A stretch of DNA of 60,771 nucleotides, counting the filler. It is 5 parts of 5 records of this genome, joined end to end, with 100 filler letters (N's around TTAATTAATTAA, not from the genome) between each part and the next. Parts side by side here need not be neighbours in the genome. Positions count along the whole stretch, not along the records: positions 54,801 to 60,771 come from SRR22947725_4220; 4 more parts are not named here. One strand, 5' to 3'. The position numbers were made by a program, and so were the translations under genes. Positions 56,433 through 60,771 of this stretch are shown in pieces. Within the stretch, counting starts at the first letter, position 1, and the number at the start of each line of letters is the position of its first letter. Under the pieces are notes generated by a model, which saw only the letters and a list, made by a program, of their open reading frames with translations, had not been told where the DNA came from and did no database searches.

Positions 56433-57343
56433 ATCTCGCCTAGTATCTTAATTTCTTTTTCTAGTTTAATACCTGTTTTTTTTTCAACATTCTCACGGAC
56501 AAATTCTATCAATTTAATCATATCTTTAAAGCTAGCATTATTCTTGTTCACAAAAAAATTATAATGTTTATCTGAAATACAAGCATCACCAAAAGTTGTA
56601 TTTAATGGTACAGACTCTTTTATTAATTCCCAAACTTTTTTATTTGTTTGGTTTATAGGATTCTTAAATGTACTTCCACTTGTTTTGATTTTAGTGGGTT
56701 GAGTACTATCTTTTTTCTTTTTGAGTTCTAATATTTTTTTTTTAATAGCATCTTTATCTTTTTTTTCACCCTTAACAGAAGCACTCAAAAAAATTAGGTC
56801 ATTTGGTAAATTATTATTTCTATATTCAAATAATACTTTGTTAGCAGGTAATGTTATGACATTACCAATTCTGTCAATTGCTTGTATGGATATAAGTATA
56901 TCTTTAAACTCCTTGCCAAAACATCCCGCATTCATTTTTAAACCTCCACCTACAGTTCCAGGTATGCAGGCTAAGAACTCTAAGCCTCCTATTTCATTAT
57001 CCTGAGCAAATTCTGAGAGTTTAGCATCCAAACAAGAACTGCCTGCTACAATAATATTATTAGGTAATAGTGAAATATTTGAAAAATTTTTTCCTAATTT
57101 TATGACTATGCCATCGTATAGGTTGTCACTTATTAATGTATTTGAGCCAGCACCTAAAATATGTATTTTTTCCTTATTTCCAAATTTTTTTAAGAATGAA
57201 ACTAGGTCTGCTAATGTATCTGGCTTAAAATATACTTTTGTTTTACCTCCTATATTAAACCAATTACTTTTTTTTAAATCATGATCAAAATAAAATCTGC
57301 TACCTACCTCTTTAGAAAATTTTTTAATCTCTTCTATATTCAT
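56429..57343 (-). CDS. murB: UDP-N-acetylenolpyruvoylglucosamine reductase
   Basis: GAGSN, IPGTVGG..MNAG, FEYR, SGSTFKNP and LEKE motifs. Confidence 0.95.
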   Translation of the reverse strand: MNIEEIKKFSKEVGSRFYFDHDLKKSNWFNIGGKTKVYFKPDTLADLVSFLKKFGNKEKIHILGAGSNTLISDNLYDGIVIKLGKNFSNISLLPNNIIVAGSSCLDAKLSEFAQDNEIGGLEFLACIPGTVGGGLKMNAGCFGKEFKDILISIQAIDRIGNVITLPANKVLFEYRNNNLPNDLIFLSASVKGEKKDKDAIKKKILELKKKKDSTQPTKIKTSGSTFKNPINQTNKKVWELIKESVPLNTTFGDACISDKHYNFFVNKNNASFKDMIKLIEFVRENVEKKTGIKLEKEIKILGEI

Positions 57344-58737
57344 TTTAATAACTCTGGCATCTCTTTAATCCATGATGAAATGGTACCTGCTCCCATTCCA
57401 ATTACAATTTTTTTTCCATATACATTACTTTTGATTAATTTTGCTATTTGATATTGATCCTCTACTAAAAATAAATTCACTTTTGAATTTTTTATAATTT
57501 CTTTAGCAAATAGATTATAGCTAAATCCAAGTTTTAATTTTTCTCCTGCGGCATAAACTGGACAAAGAATTACAGAGTCAGCTTTTTTAAATGATGAACT
57601 GAACTCTTTTTTAAGATCTCTTAACCTTGATATTCTGTGAGGCTGAAAAATACATATTATTTCATGATCTTTGTATGCCTCTCTTACTCCACTTAAGACT
57701 TCTTTGATTTCTGTTGGATGGTGTGCATAATCATCATAAAAATTAACATTACGATATGAAAATATTTTGTTAAATCTTCTTTGAACTCCTGTGAATTCAT
57801 TCAAACCTTTTTTAATAATTTTTTTTGGTATTCCAATTGTAAAGGCTAGTGCCGCTGCTGCTGTTGAATTTCTAATATTATGAATACCAAGTAGCGGTAT
57901 CTTAAAATTTTTTATTGATATTTTTTTCTTTCCTGGAATTTTAATCAATAAATCAAACTCAGAAAATTCTTTAAACTGTTTTATATTTTTTATATAAAAT
58001 TGAGACTTTGGATTAGTTCCATAAGTGTAGTAATTTTTTATTTTAATTTTTTTTAACATTTCAGCATTATTTTTATCATCGATACAGATAAAAGATTTTC
58101 CGAATGAAGGAACCTTATTTACAAATTCCAAGAACAAATCTTTAAGTTCATTCATAGATTTATAAAAATCCATATGTTCCCTGTCTATATTTGTAACAAT
58201 CGAGTATGTAGGAGGAACATGAATAAAACTTCCATCGGATTCGTCTGCTTCTAATATGCACCAATCGCTCTTGCCAAGTTTTGCTGAATTTTTTAAAGAA
58301 TTAAGAACTCCACCATTTATAATTGTGGGGTCCAATTTTGTTTTAGAAAATATTGAAGCCATTAAAGATGTTGTTGTAGTTTTGCCATGCGATCCTGTCA
58401 CTACTATATTTTTTGTTAAAGAAACAATATGGGCCAACATTTTTCCACGCTGATAAATTGGTAGCTGTTTTTTTCTGGCTTCAATTAATTCTGGATTATT
58501 TTTTTTTATTGCTGATGAAATCACAATAATTGTTGCTTTTTTAATGTTTTTTTTTGAGTGATTAATAGAAATTTTTATTTTATTTTTTTTTAATCGATCA
58601 ATATTTTTATTATGTGAAATATCACTTCCCTGAACATTAAAACCCATGCCTTTCATAATCAATGATAGTCCACTCATACCAATACCACCAATGCCTATAA
58701 AATGTATTACTTCAGTCTTAGCTAATTCAATTTTCAT
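57340..58737 (-). CDS. murC: UDP-N-acetylmuramate--L-alanine ligase
   Basis: GIGGIGMSG, GSHGKTTTT, EADESDG, DDYAHHPTE and FQPHR motifs. Confidence 0.97.
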   Translation of the reverse strand: MKIELAKTEVIHFIGIGGIGMSGLSLIMKGMGFNVQGSDISHNKNIDRLKKNKIKISINHSKKNIKKATIIVISSAIKKNNPELIEARKKQLPIYQRGKMLAHIVSLTKNIVVTGSHGKTTTTSLMASIFSKTKLDPTIINGGVLNSLKNSAKLGKSDWCILEADESDGSFIHVPPTYSIVTNIDREHMDFYKSMNELKDLFLEFVNKVPSFGKSFICIDDKNNAEMLKKIKIKNYYTYGTNPKSQFYIKNIKQFKEFSEFDLLIKIPGKKKISIKNFKIPLLGIHNIRNSTAAAALAFTIGIPKKIIKKGLNEFTGVQRRFNKIFSYRNVNFYDDYAHHPTEIKEVLSGVREAYKDHEIICIFQPHRISRLRDLKKEFSSSFKKADSVILCPVYAAGEKLKLGFSYNLFAKEIIKNSKVNLFLVEDQYQIAKLIKSNVYGKKIVIGMGAGTISSWIKEMPELLK

Positions 58738-59803
58738 TAATTGTGTCTATAATTTTTTGATTTACATTATTCCATGAGTTTTGAAAATTAAAGTTTTTCA
58801 TATTATTTTTTTTCTTAAGATATTCTTTTTTGTCTTGAATTATATGTATTAATTTACTTGTCAAATTTGTTTCATTAATTTCATTTTGATTCATAATCCA
58901 ATTACAACCATATTGTTCATAAAAATTTGCATTTTCAAATTGATGATTATCTTTTGAAGAAGGGAGTGGTATTGCCAAATGAGGAATATTCATAAATATT
59001 AATTCGGCTAATGTTGATGCTCCTGCTCTTGTAATGCAGATATTGGACTTATTCATTATATCTGAAATATTTGCATTAAAATCAAATATTTCACTTTCTA
59101 TAGTGTTTGAAGAGTAATAATTTTTTAATTGTTTAAAATTGTCAGTATTTGTTTGTTGATAAATTTTTATTTTATATTTTTTACTAATCTCCTTGATTGA
59201 ATGAATTATTGTATCAAATAATTTTGCTCCTTGGCTTCCCCCTATAATTAAAATATTAGTTTTCTCATCTGTCTTTTCAAGTTTGTGAGTTTCATAAAAT
59301 TCTTTTCTCACCAATGGGTAGATAGTAGATATTTTATTCTTATATTTATCTGGAAAATTTTTAATTTTATTTGAATAACAAAATATTTTATTACAGTATT
59401 TAATAAAAATCTTATTAGATCTACCTAACACCATATTAGGCTCTATTAAAAACAACTTTCTATTCAATATTTTAGACGCAAAACATAAGGGTAAAGACAT
59501 GTACCCACCTGTTGAAATTACTATTTCAATCTTTTTTTCTTTTAACAATATGAAAGATCTTATTATTGAATTGAAAAATAAGATAATTTGAAAAGGTAAA
59601 TAAAAAATATTTCTTGATAGTTTGGGTGTGTCTATGATCTCAATATTATATTTTTCTTTTTTTAAAAATTTTATTCCTCTTCGATCTGAAGTTAAATGTA
59701 CATTGTATTTGTCTTTTAAATGTTCGTAAATAATAGTTGCTGGAATGACATGACCACCAGAACCTCCAGTAGTGATTAAAATATTTTTTCTCATATTAGA
59801 CAA
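58727..59803 (-). CDS. murG: Lipid II GlcNAc transferase
   Basis: GGSGGHV.P, TGGY, EPN, GGSQGA, RAGAST and HQ..NA motifs. Confidence 0.95.
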   Translation of the reverse strand: MSNMRKNILITTGGSGGHVIPATIIYEHLKDKYNVHLTSDRRGIKFLKKEKYNIEIIDTPKLSRNIFYLPFQIILFFNSIIRSFILLKEKKIEIVISTGGYMSLPLCFASKILNRKLFLIEPNMVLGRSNKIFIKYCNKIFCYSNKIKNFPDKYKNKISTIYPLVRKEFYETHKLEKTDEKTNILIIGGSQGAKLFDTIIHSIKEISKKYKIKIYQQTNTDNFKQLKNYYSSNTIESEIFDFNANISDIMNKSNICITRAGASTLAELIFMNIPHLAIPLPSSKDNHQFENANFYEQYGCNWIMNQNEINETNLTSKLIHIIQDKKEYLKKKNNMKNFNFQNSWNNVNQKIIDTINEN

Positions 59804-60770
59804 CTTTTCTTTTTGTCAAATTTAATATTATACCTGATAAAATTGACATACCTATTATAGATGATCCTCCATAGCTTAAATAAGGCAATGTCATTCCAGT
59901 AGTGGGAAACAATCTAATATTTACACCCAAATGTATGAGTGCTTGGGAAATGATAAGAGTTATTAGCCCTGTTAATATTAATTTAACTTTCTCATCTTTT
60001 TCTAGATAAATTCTTTTAAATACTGTGTAAATAAAAAACAAAAATATGAATAATAATAAGATAATAAAAACAATTCCAAACTCTTCAGAAATTACAGATA
60101 CTATATAATCCGTGTGAGCTTCTGGGACTCTATTTTTTAAAGTGCCCTCTCCAATACCCTTACCAAAAAAACCTCCACTTGAAATAGCTTCTATTGCTTT
60201 TTCAGATTGAAAATTGTGCGTTCCAGTATTAGGATCAAAAAAAGAAAAAACTCTATTTTTTATGTACCCGAACTTGTCCACAAAAAAAATAAGATAAAAA
60301 AGTATAAAAATAGAAACAGTAAAAACAGTTAAAAAAATTGTAAGACTAATTCCAGAAATAAAAACAAGAGTTAACCAAGATAAAAAAATAAGTAGTGTTT
60401 GACCAATATCTGGCTGCATCATTAACAAAAATAATATGGGGACAATTACCATTAAGCTAATAAAATATTTATAATAAATATTATAATTTTTTTCACTACT
60501 TAAAATTATAGCAATTAAAATTATTGCAAATGGTTTAACAAGTTCTATTGGTTGAAATCTTGGTAAAAAAAATAAATCAAGCCATCTTCTCGAGCCATTT
60601 ACTTCAGTTCCAATTATGGGTACCAAAAATAAAAAAAATAATGATATAAAAAATAATAGAATTGATAATGTAAATAGTGGTTTTTTATTCAAAGATGAAA
60701 AAAAGATTAAAATCAATATTCCTAAACAAATATATATTAAGTGTTTAAAAAAGAAAAAATAATTATTTGT
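59796..60770 (-). CDS. ftsW: Cell division SEDS protein FtsW, 5'-truncated at the window edge
   Basis: NGSRRW, FQP.E..K, QPD.G, PEAHTDY, EE.G and G.TLP..SYGGSS motifs; frame open to 60770; upstream of murG. Confidence 0.93.
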   Translation of the reverse strand, partial: TNNYFFFFKHLIYICLGILILIFFSSLNKKPLFTLSILLFFISLFFLFLVPIIGTEVNGSRRWLDLFFLPRFQPIELVKPFAIILIAIILSSEKNYNIYYKYFISLMVIVPILFLLMMQPDIGQTLLIFLSWLTLVFISGISLTIFLTVFTVSIFILFYLIFFVDKFGYIKNRVFSFFDPNTGTHNFQSEKAIEAISSGGFFGKGIGEGTLKNRVPEAHTDYIVSVISEEFGIVFIILLLFIFLFFIYTVFKRIYLEKDEKVKLILTGLITLIISQALIHLGVNIRLFPTTGMTLPYLSYGGSSIIGMSILSGIILNLTKRKVV

Positions 60771-60771
60771 A

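Noticed and set aside
56555-56570. MurB HYNF in place of the common HANF motif
   Set aside because: A single substitution at a variable position; the other catalytic motifs are intact.
54801-60771. dcw cluster with long A/T homopolymers as possible phase-variation or frameshift sites
   Set aside because: All frames are intact; the runs reflect Lys/Phe codons in a very AT-rich genome, and the gene order is ordinary.
1-60771. tRNA, rRNA, transposase, phage or defence genes
   Set aside because: None recognised on either strand by eye; a covariance-model or HMM scan was not possible.

Overview
The window is not one locus. It is five unrelated contigs joined by four artificial 100-bp spacers (44 N + TTAATTAATTAA + 44 N at 11343-11442, 28551-28650, 34319-34418, 54701-54800), so gene neighbourhood means nothing across these gaps. 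All taxonomic calls below are inferences from gene content and motifs. (1) 1-11342, Flavobacteriales-like: ilvB (partial), ilvD, a SAM-II-like riboswitch before metK, an outer-membrane receptor plus GLPGLI protein, deoxynucleoside kinase and a membrane pyrophosphatase. (2) 11443-28550, streamlined AT-rich gammaproteobacterium (SAR86-like): amt, acyltransferase, GDPD, MFS, HIT, DedA and epoxide hydrolase, then a phosphorus-scavenging block (TonB receptor + beta-propeller phytase behind a Pho-box-like repeat, TetR, PiT, PPK2, PPX) and T2SS gspI-M. (3) 28651-34318, Flavobacteriales-like: hemL, glucosaminidase-LysM, ACC-deaminase family protein, a Cys-rich miniprotein, hutU, DUF4136-like lipoprotein and a peptide ABC permease. 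(4) 34419-54700, marine proteobacterium (possibly SUP05/Thioglobaceae): a methylated-amine catabolic supercluster with mgsB/C-like genes, an orphan 128-aa gene, a tandem-hairpin element, tdm, tmoXWV, folD, a reductase-less Rieske oxygenase, LysR, an FAD oxidoreductase and a sarcosine-oxidase-family/MgdABCD tetramer whose delta subunit has no Cys. It ends with a small gene bounded by direct repeats. (5) 54801-60771, Pelagibacterales-like dcw cluster ftsW-murG-murC-murB-ddl-ftsQ-ftsA. The best leads for new biology are in contig 4 (LysR-Rieske-flavoprotein-Mgd module, orphan 128-aa gene, structured RNA, repeat-flanked cassette) and in the phosphorus island of contig 2.
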